From IMG/VR virus record IMGVR_UViG_3300021962_000077, positions 9,585 through 73,584 of that record: a stretch of DNA of 64,000 bases, one strand, 5' to 3'. Within the stretch, counting starts at the first letter, position 1, and every line of letters begins with the position of its first letter. Positions 18,987-28,585 of the stretch are shown piece by piece. A program made the translations under genes and the position numbers. The DNA comes from a virus. The notes beneath the pieces were generated by a model that ran no database searches, was not told where the DNA came from, and worked only from the letters and a program-made list of their open reading frames with translations.

Positions 18987-20126
18987 ATGGATTTACAACC
19001 TCATCCAGACGACCACGAAGCTAAAATGGCTCGCGCTGACCTTTTTAAACTAGCACAGTATTCATTTAAACTGTTTAAGATGATTCACGAAGATATGGAA
19101 TTAGAAGGCTGGGTGCAGGCTAAGATTACCAAAGCTGCTGATTATATTGCTTCAGTATATCACTATATGGAATACGAAATGAAGTTTAGTGAGTATGGTG
19201 AAAGATTAGAACAATCTGACATGTATTCTTCTATGAGTGAAAGTCAGCAACGTGCTATTAAGCACATGTTAAGTGAAGCAAAAGAAACTATGAAAAAGTT
19301 AAATGCTGCACAGGCTAAAAAACTTAAGAAAAAAGGTAGTAAAGTTGAAGAAGCTTCTAAACCAGATTTCTTAGACATGGATAAAGATGGTGACAAGAAA
19401 GAGCCGATGAAGAAAGCTGTCAAAGACAAGAAGGTCAAAGAAGGTTTTCCAACTGTTGATGATGCTCGTAAGCGTCATGAACAAGAAAAAGGTACTGGTA
19501 AATTTGACAAGAAAGAAACTGAAAAAGGTACACAGTATACACGCAAATCTAGTACATTCACCGACGGCGGTGATGATAGTGATGTAAAAGCAGCTAAAAA
19601 GAAAGCCAAGAAAACCGACGAAGGCGTAATGGACACAGTTAAGAAAGTTGGCAAGAAAGTTGCCGGCGCTGTTAACAAAGCAGTTGGTCATGGCAGTGAT
19701 GAAGACATGATTAAAGATCTACAACGCAAGTCAGGTGCTCCCGTTACAGGCAAAAAACCTGCACCAGTCAAAGAAGCCAGCAAAAAGAAAGCTGACAAAG
19801 ACTATGACGGTGACGGCAAAGTTGAAAGCGGTAAAGACGAATACTTAGGTAGTCGTATTGCTGCTGCTAAGAAGGCCGGCAAAATGGAAGAAGCTGCTAA
19901 ATGTAATCACACACCAAAAGGTAAATCTTGCCCAGTACATGGACTAAAAGAATGCGGAATGACCTATGAAAGTTCCACTGGCGATTACTCAGCTAAGAAA
20001 GCGGCCGCAGGTAAAGACATCGGCAAGCCAGGCAAGAATTTTGCTAAGATTGAAAAGTCTGCAGGTGGTGGCGAAAAAGGCAAGCGTATTGCTGGTGCAG
20101 TTCTAGCTAAATTACGCAAAGGCTAA
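18987..20126 (+). CDS. Lys-rich low-complexity protein, putative prohead core/internal protein
   Basis: TAAATA at 18961; repeated V-x-E-A/G junctions; DMDKDGD and DYDGDG motifs. Confidence 0.55.
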   Translation: MDLQPHPDDHEAKMARADLFKLAQYSFKLFKMIHEDMELEGWVQAKITKAADYIASVYHYMEYEMKFSEYGERLEQSDMYSSMSESQQRAIKHMLSEAKETMKKLNAAQAKKLKKKGSKVEEASKPDFLDMDKDGDKKEPMKKAVKDKKVKEGFPTVDDARKRHEQEKGTGKFDKKETEKGTQYTRKSSTFTDGGDDSDVKAAKKKAKKTDEGVMDTVKKVGKKVAGAVNKAVGHGSDEDMIKDLQRKSGAPVTGKKPAPVKEASKKKADKDYDGDGKVESGKDEYLGSRIAAAKKAGKMEEAAKCNHTPKGKSCPVHGLKECGMTYESSTGDYSAKKAAAGKDIGKPGKNFAKIEKSAGGGEKGKRIAGAVLAKLRKG

Positions 20127-20132
20127 TTTGTA

Positions 20133-21248
20133 ATGGACATGAAGAAAATTCTACAGGCTATGGACGGTGCTTCTACAAAGCCTGTAGAAGGTGTCAATAG
20201 CATGGCTAAATTTCTTAGTGTTGTTAAAGAAGCAGAAGTAGCAGCACCGGTTTCAACACTACCTCCAGAACAATTAGAATATAATCGTCTAAGAGCACAA
20301 GTTGATACTTTAAATTTTATGCAAAGTGATAGAGCTAACAGCAATACTTTTGTAGATCAAGATCCTCAACTAGTAGTTAAACAAAATGCCATGCGAACAA
20401 AATTAGCTCAGATGGCTGCTGCATTAAAGGCCAAAGGTATAGATGCTGCCGCTGAATACGATGCTCCAGAGCCAGGTGATCAACCTGCACAACCAGTTGA
20501 CCTAGCACAAAAATATAATAGTAAAAAACCGCCTGTGCCGACTCAAGAAAATAAAACTGGCAAAATTAAACAATATTTTGAAGCTGTTCAAACAGAAGCT
20601 CAACAAGCATTTGATCAACGTCGAGCAAAGTTCAAAGAACAAGCTCGACGAATAGCACAGCGTATGCGTGAAGATGCCAAAGTTAGTGCTATAGATCCTG
20701 CTAAGAAAACTATTACCTATACTGATCCACAAACAGGAATTTCTACCACTGTTCCGCAGGCCATGGCCAAACCAGGAGAAGGCGGACAGGTAATGATTGA
20801 TAAGAATCAAGTTGATCAAGCGGTAGGTCAAAGCCAGCCGCCAGCAATCAAAGTTGGTGATACAATTAAAATGTTAGATACTGAGTCTAGCAGTGCAAGT
20901 GTACGTATGCACAGAGCATTGCAACGCGAAAAAGAAAAGCGTGAGTTTAGTCAACGCTATGCTGAGAAACATTTCCCCATAGGTAAGAAACCTGAGCCAA
21001 TTAAAGAACCAAAGAAAGACCAAGATGTAATTGAATACGGTGATACTGCCAAAGGTCAAAAGATGTTGACTAAGGTGCAGAAACGTGCCGTAGATAGAGT
21101 AGTATCTAAAAAAGCAGAAACAGATCCTAAGTATGCTAAGAAGAACGCAGATACTGCTGACCGTGCTTGGGAAAGAATGACAGACAAGGATGTAGCGGAA
21201 GGCAACGAAGATCCTTCTTGGATAAACAATCTAAGGCTTAGAAAATAA
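20133..21248 (+). CDS. hypothetical protein, putative head-internal
   Basis: 371 aa charged, modular ORF. Confidence 0.55.
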   Translation: MDMKKILQAMDGASTKPVEGVNSMAKFLSVVKEAEVAAPVSTLPPEQLEYNRLRAQVDTLNFMQSDRANSNTFVDQDPQLVVKQNAMRTKLAQMAAALKAKGIDAAAEYDAPEPGDQPAQPVDLAQKYNSKKPPVPTQENKTGKIKQYFEAVQTEAQQAFDQRRAKFKEQARRIAQRMREDAKVSAIDPAKKTITYTDPQTGISTTVPQAMAKPGEGGQVMIDKNQVDQAVGQSQPPAIKVGDTIKMLDTESSSASVRMHRALQREKEKREFSQRYAEKHFPIGKKPEPIKEPKKDQDVIEYGDTAKGQKMLTKVQKRAVDRVVSKKAETDPKYAKKNADTADRAWERMTDKDVAEGNEDPSWINNLRLRK

Positions 21249-21685
21249 TGGATGAGCAACTAATTAAAGCAATGAAGATGGCACATGCAAATACATTTGC
21301 ATTCTATCTTAAAACACATGGATTTCACTGGAATGTTGAAGGTGAAAATTTTCCTCAGTATCATACGTTCTTCGAAATGATATACAGCGAAGTATACGGA
21401 TCTGTAGATAAATTTGCAGAAGAAATTCGTGCTTTAGGTTCATATGCTCCTGCAGGGTTAGGACGACTAATGGAATTAGCCGGTATTGAAGATCAACGTG
21501 AAGTAGTCGATGCTAGAATGATGTTAGAAATACTGTATCAAGATAATCAAACAGTTTTAGAAAGTGTTGGACAAGCCTACGAACTAGCAGAAAATGCTGG
21601 AGCACATGGTCTAAGTAATTTCTTAGCCGAGCGTCAAGATGCACATAAAAAACATGCTTGGATGATTAGAGCAACATTAAAGTAA
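21248..21685 (+). CDS. dps: Dps/ferritin-like DNA-protecting protein
   Basis: KTHGFHWNVEG.NF..YH..FE, DKFAEEIRALG, HKKHAWMI. Confidence 0.9.
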   Translation: MDEQLIKAMKMAHANTFAFYLKTHGFHWNVEGENFPQYHTFFEMIYSEVYGSVDKFAEEIRALGSYAPAGLGRLMELAGIEDQREVVDARMMLEILYQDNQTVLESVGQAYELAENAGAHGLSNFLAERQDAHKKHAWMIRATLK

Positions 21686-21687
21686 AG

Positions 21688-21778
21688 GACACACTACCTT
21701 AGGACCTTATGGTTATTAAGTGTGGGGCGGCTGCTGCCCGTAGAAAGTGATTCGCTACATGGACTACTGAGTGAGCAA
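21688..21778 (+). ncRNA. candidate structured RNA (unassigned)
   Basis: GC-rich intergenic island with stems CACACT/AGTGTG, GGGCGG/CTGCCC and GTAG/CTAC. Confidence 0.35.
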
Positions 21779-21797
21779 GAATTTTAAGGATTATTAA

Positions 21798-22448
21798 ATG
21801 TCTTCAATTTATAAAGATTTAGTCGAAAGTTTTGGATACACTCCAATTATGGAAGCTGTGTCATTAGACTCTATCATGGCAGCAGTTGGGCAAGAAAAAG
21901 ACGAACAAAAACGTGCGGCCGCACTAAATGATATTGCATGGAGAGAAAATCTTCCTGGACTATATGATCCTATTAGTGGTTATTTTGTTCGTAAACAAAG
22001 TATGCCTGCGGGACGCGGTGTTCAACGATACAACATTGGTGCTACTGCTAGCCGTGGGGACGACGAGGTATTGAGTAGTAAAGGATTAATTCCAGACAAT
22101 GCTAAAACTACTAGTCCGCTTGGTAAGTTAGCAAATAAGATAACTGGTAAAGATAGCGATGCATACGATCGAGATATTAGAGCTCGTAGTGCTGCTGCTC
22201 AAAATCCGCCAGCAGGACAGGCTGCACAGCCTTCATCCGCCTCTGATCAAGCCACTGCTAGTCAAACGCAGACTAGCAATTACACAGGTACTGACCAAAG
22301 AACACCTAATGCAAGAGATGCTAACACTGCTCCGCCTAAACAAGATGATTCTAAACCAACTGCTCGAGTTACAATTCCAGGACAAGGCGGTGATATAGAA
22401 GTTAAACGTAAAAGATATGCAGAATTACTTGCTAAAGCTAAAGGATAA
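21798..22448 (+). CDS. hypothetical protein
   Basis: 216 aa ORF with AAGGA SD. Confidence 0.55.
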   Translation: MSSIYKDLVESFGYTPIMEAVSLDSIMAAVGQEKDEQKRAAALNDIAWRENLPGLYDPISGYFVRKQSMPAGRGVQRYNIGATASRGDDEVLSSKGLIPDNAKTTSPLGKLANKITGKDSDAYDRDIRARSAAAQNPPAGQAAQPSSASDQATASQTQTSNYTGTDQRTPNARDANTAPPKQDDSKPTARVTIPGQGGDIEVKRKRYAELLAKAKG

Positions 22449-22451
22449 AAA

Positions 22452-23225
22452 ATGAACTTTTATAAAGACCCGCTAATAGAAAAATTAAGAATAATCGAAT
22501 CTCAAATCATTGGTGAAGGTTTATCTGACGACGAATTTGTAGAGTTACAAAGGCTAAGAGCCGAACTTGGTGATGACCCAGCTTCTGCTAAACTACACTC
22601 AGAAGTAGATGCAGTAGTTAAAGCAAGAGCTGCCGACTTTGAAAAGTCTGCTGATACACCAGCTGATACACCAGCTGATACACCTGCTGATACACCAGCT
22701 GATAAACCAACTGTTGAATGGCCGAAAACTAGAGACGAAATTATTGCATTCCAACGAGCAAATAACTTACAAGCTGACGGGTTGATTGGTCAAAAGACTA
22801 TGGCTGCACTAATAGCTGCCGGAGCAACTCCACCGCCAGGATTTAAACCAGTCAGTAATAAAGTTAAGCCTACTGGAAAACCTCCGGGGCAAGCTGGGCA
22901 ACCAACACCTACTACACAGGCTGGAATACCTCCAGAATTATCAAGGGCTATACCTAGTCCAAAAGAAGGTGATCAGTACTGGGTTAACGGTACAAGATAT
23001 GAGTTTAGAAGCAACTATGATGGTCGACAGTTTGGAAAACCTCAATGGACTGTTGAGCATAAACCTGGTGATTTTGCATTTAAGGCAGATACAGAATGGG
23101 CTGCAAAAAATAAATTCACAGGTACCCCGGCTCAAGCAAATGCCCAGTTTATGCAGAAAACTTACCCGAAACCACAAGCAGAATCTACTGAAATAGATAG
23201 ATTAAAAGAACTACTTAAATTTTAA
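22452..23225 (+). CDS. peptidoglycan-binding-domain protein
   Basis: IIAFQRANNLQADGLIGQKTMAAL matches the PG_binding_1 pattern. Confidence 0.7.
   Translation: MNFYKDPLIEKLRIIESQIIGEGLSDDEFVELQRLRAELGDDPASAKLHSEVDAVVKARAADFEKSADTPADTPADTPADTPADKPTVEWPKTRDEIIAFQRANNLQADGLIGQKTMAALIAAGATPPPGFKPVSNKVKPTGKPPGQAGQPTPTTQAGIPPELSRAIPSPKEGDQYWVNGTRYEFRSNYDGRQFGKPQWTVEHKPGDFAFKADTEWAAKNKFTGTPAQANAQFMQKTYPKPQAESTEIDRLKELLKF
22650..22709 (+). repeat. 12-bp tandem repeat, 5 copies, encoding ADTP
   Basis: GCTGATACACCA units, last one GCTGATAAACCA. Confidence 0.85.
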
Positions 23226-23230
23226 TCAAA

Positions 23231-23260
23231 TAAAAAGCACCCCTGGGGTGCTTTTTTATT
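23231..23260. terminator. bidirectional terminator
   Basis: AAAAAGCACCC-ctg-GGGTGCTTTTT between convergent genes. Confidence 0.8.
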
Positions 23261-23576
23261 AGTGCCAATTACCTTGAAAGCAATGACGCATCTCATGTCC
23301 TAAGGTATGCATATTTGGACGCTTGCTAGTAATGATTGTACAACTATTGCCTTCCCAAAAAGAGCAGGCTTTAATAGCAAAACCAAAACCACCGTTGTTG
23401 CGCTTGCGGCTTTCTGCATCACATACTTGTTGAACATTGTCAACTGGCATCCATTTGATATTCATCGGAGTCTTTTGAACGTCACCTGCTGGAAATGATG
23501 CCGTAGGATCATCCCAATCTGCCGATGCTGAGCCCAATTGAGCAATCAAAAAAAGTGTAAGAACAGTTTTTTTCAT
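23259..23576 (-). CDS. small secreted protein with HExxH
   Basis: Signal peptide, 4 Cys, TLGHEMRHCF. Confidence 0.6.
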   Translation of the reverse strand: MKKTVLTLFLIAQLGSASADWDDPTASFPAGDVQKTPMNIKWMPVDNVQQVCDAESRKRNNGGFGFAIKACSFWEGNSCTIITSKRPNMHTLGHEMRHCFQGNWH

Positions 23577-23604
23577 GTCTACCTCTGTGTGTTAATATGC
23601 TATA

Positions 23605-23633
23605 ATTATAGCCTCAAAAGTATAGATTGTCAA
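23605..23633 (-). promoter_or_regulatory. sigma70-type promoter
   Basis: Minus-strand TTGACA-17nt-TATAAT. Confidence 0.7.
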
Positions 23634-23671
23634 TTATTTTGGTTAACCAAAAATTAATACTTAAATATACT

Positions 23672-24163
23672 ATGATCAAAACTTTAGACACAATCGATTC
23701 AAATTTTCTATACGAAGAATATGCCAAAATAGAACATCATATTGATTGGTTTATAACGGGACAACAAGGACGCCAAACGTGTATACAGACTAGACCAGAT
23801 CAACCCTTGGGGTTAGATGGGTGTGGTAGCGTAGATCCAAGTGTAGGTATAACATCCTATAACTGTGTTAACAGTTTGGTACAAGGTACTATTTGGCAAG
23901 AACTGATCGAAAAGTATCAAATGTTTAGAACAAGATTTTTATGGATAAATGAAAAATCCTGTTATTCAATACACAAAGATTCTAGTCCAAGAATACATAT
24001 ACCAATTTTTACAAATCCGCAGGCATTATTTTATTTTAGTAAATCAGGATTTCAATATTTGGCTCCAGATAAAATATACTGGGTAGACACTAGAAGTATG
24101 CATAGTTTTGTAAACTTTTCTGATCAAAAAAGACTGCATCTAGTTGGCTGTGTTGAAGGTTGA
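23672..24163 (+). CDS. 2OG-Fe(II) oxygenase (Asp/Asn beta-hydroxylase-like)
   Basis: HKD...RIHIPI...HSFVN...RLHLV. Confidence 0.7.
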   Translation: MIKTLDTIDSNFLYEEYAKIEHHIDWFITGQQGRQTCIQTRPDQPLGLDGCGSVDPSVGITSYNCVNSLVQGTIWQELIEKYQMFRTRFLWINEKSCYSIHKDSSPRIHIPIFTNPQALFYFSKSGFQYLAPDKIYWVDTRSMHSFVNFSDQKRLHLVGCVEG

Positions 24164-24187
24164 CAAATAAAACAAATATAGTATAAT
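24160..24187 (+). promoter_or_regulatory. sigma70-type promoter
   Basis: TTGACA-16nt-TATAAT. Confidence 0.55.
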
Positions 24188-24210
24188 AGGCAAATTAACG
24201 AGGAGATGTT

Positions 24211-24474
24211 ATGTCATCAAGAATGTATGGCCCTGAAGAAAAGGCTAAATTAGAAAGATTAATTACCGAAGGTAGTACAGTACTACGTGAAATTGAAGAT
24301 TTAAAAGAAGGCTTAAAAGAAACCGTTAAGGCAGTAGCAGAAGAACTTGATATCAAACCCAGTATCATCAATAAAGCAATTACCATTGCACATAAAGATA
24401 ATTGGAAAGATCACGAAGACGAATGGAACGAGATTGAAATGATCTTGGGCGTAACTAAACGTCTACCAGAATAA
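24211..24474 (+). CDS. dsDNA-binding protein (T4 DsbA/GapR-like)
   Basis: Small helical protein, EIEDLKEGLKETVKAVAEELDIKP, near the polymerase. Confidence 0.6.
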   Translation: MSSRMYGPEEKAKLERLITEGSTVLREIEDLKEGLKETVKAVAEELDIKPSIINKAITIAHKDNWKDHEDEWNEIEMILGVTKRLPE

Positions 24475-25070
24475 TGTCTAGGCTAGTTGCATTCGGATGT
24501 TCTTATACCCAAGGGTCTTCCTTGGATGACAATTATCAATTTCCCCCTTATCCTGCAGTACCTAGTATTTTTGCGTGGCCTCAAGTTTTAGCAAATTTAT
24601 TAGGTTTAGAATGTAAAAACTATGCAGTAGGTGGAAGTGGTAATTTAGAAATTTTATGGGAACTTCTAAAAAAGAATGTATCGTCAAATGATATAGTTCT
24701 TTTAGGATGGAGCCATTTCAATAGAGAAATCATTTTTGATAAACAACAAGAATTTTCAAGAATGTTAGATAATGAAGAAACATTCAAGCGTTGGTTGTTG
24801 GCGCACCCCGAATCCGATATTAACATAAGAAATTGGTTATATATTCATCACGCCAACAAATATTTAAAAAGCAAAAAAATAACAGCTTATAATGTTTTTT
24901 GTGCATTTGATATCGATCCTAGTACTAAACCAAGTTGGATTGAAATAGATAATATGTTACCTTGTAATTTCCAGCCGTTAGATCGTGGGCATGACGGTTT
25001 ACACCCGGGTATAAAAAGTCACGAAGATCTAGCAAATAACATATATAAATACATAACAAACGTAGGGTAA
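24474..25070 (+). CDS. SGNH/GDSL-like protein
   Basis: FGCSYTQG, N.AVGGSGN, DGLHPG. Confidence 0.6.
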   Translation: MSRLVAFGCSYTQGSSLDDNYQFPPYPAVPSIFAWPQVLANLLGLECKNYAVGGSGNLEILWELLKKNVSSNDIVLLGWSHFNREIIFDKQQEFSRMLDNEETFKRWLLAHPESDINIRNWLYIHHANKYLKSKKITAYNVFCAFDIDPSTKPSWIEIDNMLPCNFQPLDRGHDGLHPGIKSHEDLANNIYKYITNVG

Positions 25071-25128
25071 GCAGGGCCATAAACCGCACAATAGGTATTT
25101 GTGAGCCAAAAATCACATAAGGAAAAAT
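25071..25128 (+). promoter_or_regulatory. tandem hairpins upstream of the DNA polymerase RBS (candidate translational operator)
   Basis: Two stems with loops GCCATAAA and GCCAAAAA directly before TAAGGA. Confidence 0.45.
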
Positions 25129-27801
25129 ATGAGCTATGTAGACGCATGGTTCGATCGCGAGAACGACATTATCAAGATTGTCGAGCGTTCGAACCAAGGT
25201 AAAAGAGAATTTAGAGACATACCTGTTAGGTATACATTTTACTACGAAGATGCACGTGGTAAATTTCAATCAATTTATGGCACGCCGTTATCAAGAGTTG
25301 TTTGCCGTAATTCAAAAGATTTCCGTAAAGAAATGGCCATACACTCTAACAAAAAGATGTATGAAGCAGACATTAATCCAATCTTTGTTTGTCTAAGTGA
25401 AAATTATTTAAATCAAGACGCACCAAAACTAAACACTGCCTTCTTTGACATTGAGGTAGACTTTGATCCAGAACGTGGGTATGCTAGCCCAGACGATGCA
25501 TTCATGCCAATTACTGCTATCGCAGTTTATCTGCAATGGTTAGAAACAATGGTCTGCCTAGCTATTCCGCCTAAGGGAATGAGTATTGACACCGCCAAAG
25601 AACTAGTAAAAGATTTTCCTAACACACATATTTTTGACAACGAAGCAGATTTGTTAGACACATTTTTGAAATTAATCGAAGATGCAGATGTTATCAGTGG
25701 TTGGAACTCAGAGGGTTTTGATATTCCCTATACTACCAATCGCATTACCAAAGTACTCAGCAAAGACGATACACGCAGGATGTGCTTGTTTGGACAGTAT
25801 CCTCGCAAGCGTGAATATGAAAAATATGGAAAACAGGCCATAACATATGATATGATTGGTCGTGTACACTTAGACTATCTTGAATTATATCGTAAGTACA
25901 CATATGAAGAACGTCACAGCTACAGACTAGATGCCATTGCCGAATATGAATTAGGTGAACGTAAAACACAATACGAAGGCACACTTGATCAACTATACAA
26001 CAATGACTTTAAAAAGTTTGTTGAATATAACAGACAAGACTGTGCGCTTCTTGATCGATTAGATAAGAAACTAAAGTTCTTAGATCTTGCCAATAAACTG
26101 GCACATGAAAACACTGTACTACTACAAACAACAATGGGTGCTGTGGCTGTGACAGAACAGGCCATTATTAATGAAGCACATCGCAGAGGATTTCAAGTTC
26201 CCAATCGTACTAAAATGGACGATCGTGAGAGCAACGAAGGTGCCGCGGGTGCCTATGTTGCTTACCCTAAAGAAGGCCTACAAGATTGGATTGGATCACT
26301 GGACATTAACAGTCTATATCCCAGTGCTATTCGTGCGCTTAACATGGGTCCAGAGACTATTGTGGGGCAGTTACGTTCTACATACACAGATGAGTACATA
26401 ACAGAACAAACTACTCTTAAAAAGAAAACGTTTGCTGCCGCGTGGGAAGGATTGTTTGGATCGCTAGAATATGAAGCTGTTATGCGGCAAGATCGCGGAG
26501 TCGATGTTACTATCGACTGGGAATCCGGAGAAAGCGATACACTTAGTGCCGCAGAAATATACAAATTAATTTATGATAGTAATCAACCTTGGATGTTAAG
26601 TGCCAATGGAACTATTTTTACATGGGAAAGAGAAGGAATCATTCCCGGATTATTAAAACGATGGTATGCTGAACGTAAAGAGATGCAGGCCAAATTAAAG
26701 GAGAGCAAAGATGCAGGCAATGATATTGAAGAAGAGTATTGGGATAAGCGACAATTGGTTAAGAAAATTAACCTCAATTCGCTTTACGGTGCGATCCTTA
26801 ACCCTGGCTGTCGCTTTTTCGATAAGCGTATTGGGCAATCTACCACTCTTACTGGGCGACAGATTGCCAAGCACATGGCTGGAAAAGTCAATGAGATCAT
26901 CACTGGAGAGTTTAATCATGTCGGCAAGGCAATCATATACGGTGACACAGATTCTTGTTATTTCTCAGCATATAAAACCTTAAAGAAAGACATAGATAGT
27001 GGACAAATACCTTGGACTAAAGAAACTGTCGTACAACTTTATGACCAGATTGGAGAAGAAGTAAACACAACGTTCCCACAGATGATGCTAGACTCTTTTC
27101 ATTGTCCAAAGAGTCGTGGTGAAGTTATCAAAGCAGGACGAGAAATCGTTGCATCAAAAGGATTGTTTATTACTAAGAAACGTTATGCCGTACTCTATTA
27201 TGACAAAGAAGGCAAACGAGCAGATGTTGACGGTAAACCTGGTAAAATCAAAGCCATGGGCTTAGATCTAAAACGCAGTGATACTCCAGAATTTATTCAA
27301 GACTTTCTAAGTGATGTATTAGAAAAAGTACTAACAGGTGCAACTGAAGAAGAAGTTTTAAATCAGATTACAGAATTCCGCACTCTATTTAAGGCTAGAC
27401 CTGGCTGGGAGAAAGGATCTCCTAAACGTGCTAATAATATTACTGAGTATCAGGCTAAAGAAGTCAAACAGGGCAAGGCCAATATGCCGGGTCACGTAAG
27501 AGCCAGTATAAATTGGAACACGCTTAAACGCATGATGGGAGACAAATATTCGATGAGTATTACAGATGGTGCTAAAGTAATCGTGTGTAAAATTAGAGAT
27601 AATCCTATGGGGTTTACTAGTGTGGCATATCCAGTAGATGAACTACGGTTACCGCAATGGTTTAAGGATCTGCCATTTAACGATGCTGAAATGGAAACTA
27701 CTATCATTGATAACAAATTAGATAATTTGATTGGCGTACTAGGTTGGGATATTAGATCAACTGAAGAAAAAAATACGTTTAATAGTTTATTCGAGTTTTA
27801 A
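25129..27801 (+). CDS. family B DNA polymerase (T4 gp43-like)
   Basis: ExoI FFDIEV, ExoII GWNSEGFDIPY, DINSLYPS, KINLNSLYG, YGDTDS, KKRY. Confidence 0.96.
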   Translation: MSYVDAWFDRENDIIKIVERSNQGKREFRDIPVRYTFYYEDARGKFQSIYGTPLSRVVCRNSKDFRKEMAIHSNKKMYEADINPIFVCLSENYLNQDAPKLNTAFFDIEVDFDPERGYASPDDAFMPITAIAVYLQWLETMVCLAIPPKGMSIDTAKELVKDFPNTHIFDNEADLLDTFLKLIEDADVISGWNSEGFDIPYTTNRITKVLSKDDTRRMCLFGQYPRKREYEKYGKQAITYDMIGRVHLDYLELYRKYTYEERHSYRLDAIAEYELGERKTQYEGTLDQLYNNDFKKFVEYNRQDCALLDRLDKKLKFLDLANKLAHENTVLLQTTMGAVAVTEQAIINEAHRRGFQVPNRTKMDDRESNEGAAGAYVAYPKEGLQDWIGSLDINSLYPSAIRALNMGPETIVGQLRSTYTDEYITEQTTLKKKTFAAAWEGLFGSLEYEAVMRQDRGVDVTIDWESGESDTLSAAEIYKLIYDSNQPWMLSANGTIFTWEREGIIPGLLKRWYAERKEMQAKLKESKDAGNDIEEEYWDKRQLVKKINLNSLYGAILNPGCRFFDKRIGQSTTLTGRQIAKHMAGKVNEIITGEFNHVGKAIIYGDTDSCYFSAYKTLKKDIDSGQIPWTKETVVQLYDQIGEEVNTTFPQMMLDSFHCPKSRGEVIKAGREIVASKGLFITKKRYAVLYYDKEGKRADVDGKPGKIKAMGLDLKRSDTPEFIQDFLSDVLEKVLTGATEEEVLNQITEFRTLFKARPGWEKGSPKRANNITEYQAKEVKQGKANMPGHVRASINWNTLKRMMGDKYSMSITDGAKVIVCKIRDNPMGFTSVAYPVDELRLPQWFKDLPFNDAEMETTIIDNKLDNLIGVLGWDIRSTEEKNTFNSLFEF

Positions 27802-27802
27802 T

Positions 27803-28585
27803 ATGAAAATTATAGTTGCTGGTTACGGATACGTGGGCAAAGCAGTACAGGCTGCTTTTGGCTACAAACATGAAGTGGTAATAGTTGACCCTGCTCTTAC
27901 AGATGAAGATATTAGGAATCACTTTGATGCGGATTGTATTATTATTTGTGTTAGTACTCCACCTACCGACTCTGGGACTTGCAATGGTGCAAATGTACTA
28001 GATGTAATCGATCAAACTCCGATTGATATACCAATAATGATTAAAAGTACCGTAAGTCCAGATATAGTTGATCTATTAGAAGAAAAATATTCTAAACATA
28101 GCATTGTAATAAGTCCAGAATTATTAAGAGCTAGATCTAGCGCAGAAGATTTTATTAATCAAAAGTATGTTATTATAGGCGGAGAAGATCCCGAGTGTTT
28201 TTGGCAAGAACTTTTTACAGATACTTTACCAAGTTGTAAGTTAGCATTAAAATGCTCTATGAAAGAAGCATCAATAGTCAAATATGCTTCAAATAGTTTT
28301 CTTGCATTAAAAACGTCATACTTCAATCAATTATACGATGTATGTCAATCTACTAATACTGACTTTGACATTGTTAGACACATTATGTCACAGGATCTAC
28401 GTATTGGATCGGATCATACTATGGTTCCAGGTCCAGACGGAGAAAGAGGATGGGGCGGTCATTGTTTCCCCAAAGATACACTTGCCTACACACTATGGGC
28501 AAGATCAATAGATGCTAGACAAAGTGTTCTAGAATCAGCCATATCATATAATAATATGGTAAGAAAAAACATTGACAAAAAGTAA
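27803..28585 (+). CDS. UDP-glucose/GDP-mannose 6-dehydrogenase family (short form)
   Basis: GYGYVG, CVSTP, IKSTV, PELLR, KYASNSFLA, GWGGHCFPKD. Confidence 0.85.
   Translation: MKIIVAGYGYVGKAVQAAFGYKHEVVIVDPALTDEDIRNHFDADCIIICVSTPPTDSGTCNGANVLDVIDQTPIDIPIMIKSTVSPDIVDLLEEKYSKHSIVISPELLRARSSAEDFINQKYVIIGGEDPECFWQELFTDTLPSCKLALKCSMKEASIVKYASNSFLALKTSYFNQLYDVCQSTNTDFDIVRHIMSQDLRIGSDHTMVPGPDGERGWGGHCFPKDTLAYTLWARSIDARQSVLESAISYNNMVRKNIDKK

Noticed and set aside
21688-21778. Possible tRNA
   Set aside because: No acceptor stem, T-loop GTTCRA or CCA arrangement; kept only as an unassigned structured RNA.
22650-22709. Tandem repeat as a possible CRISPR array
   Set aside because: The 12-bp units have no spacers and are in frame, encoding an ADTP linker.
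25129-27801. Intein or intron in the DNA polymerase
   Set aside because: The ORF is a continuous 890 aa with normal motif spacing and no splice-junction or homing endonuclease motifs.
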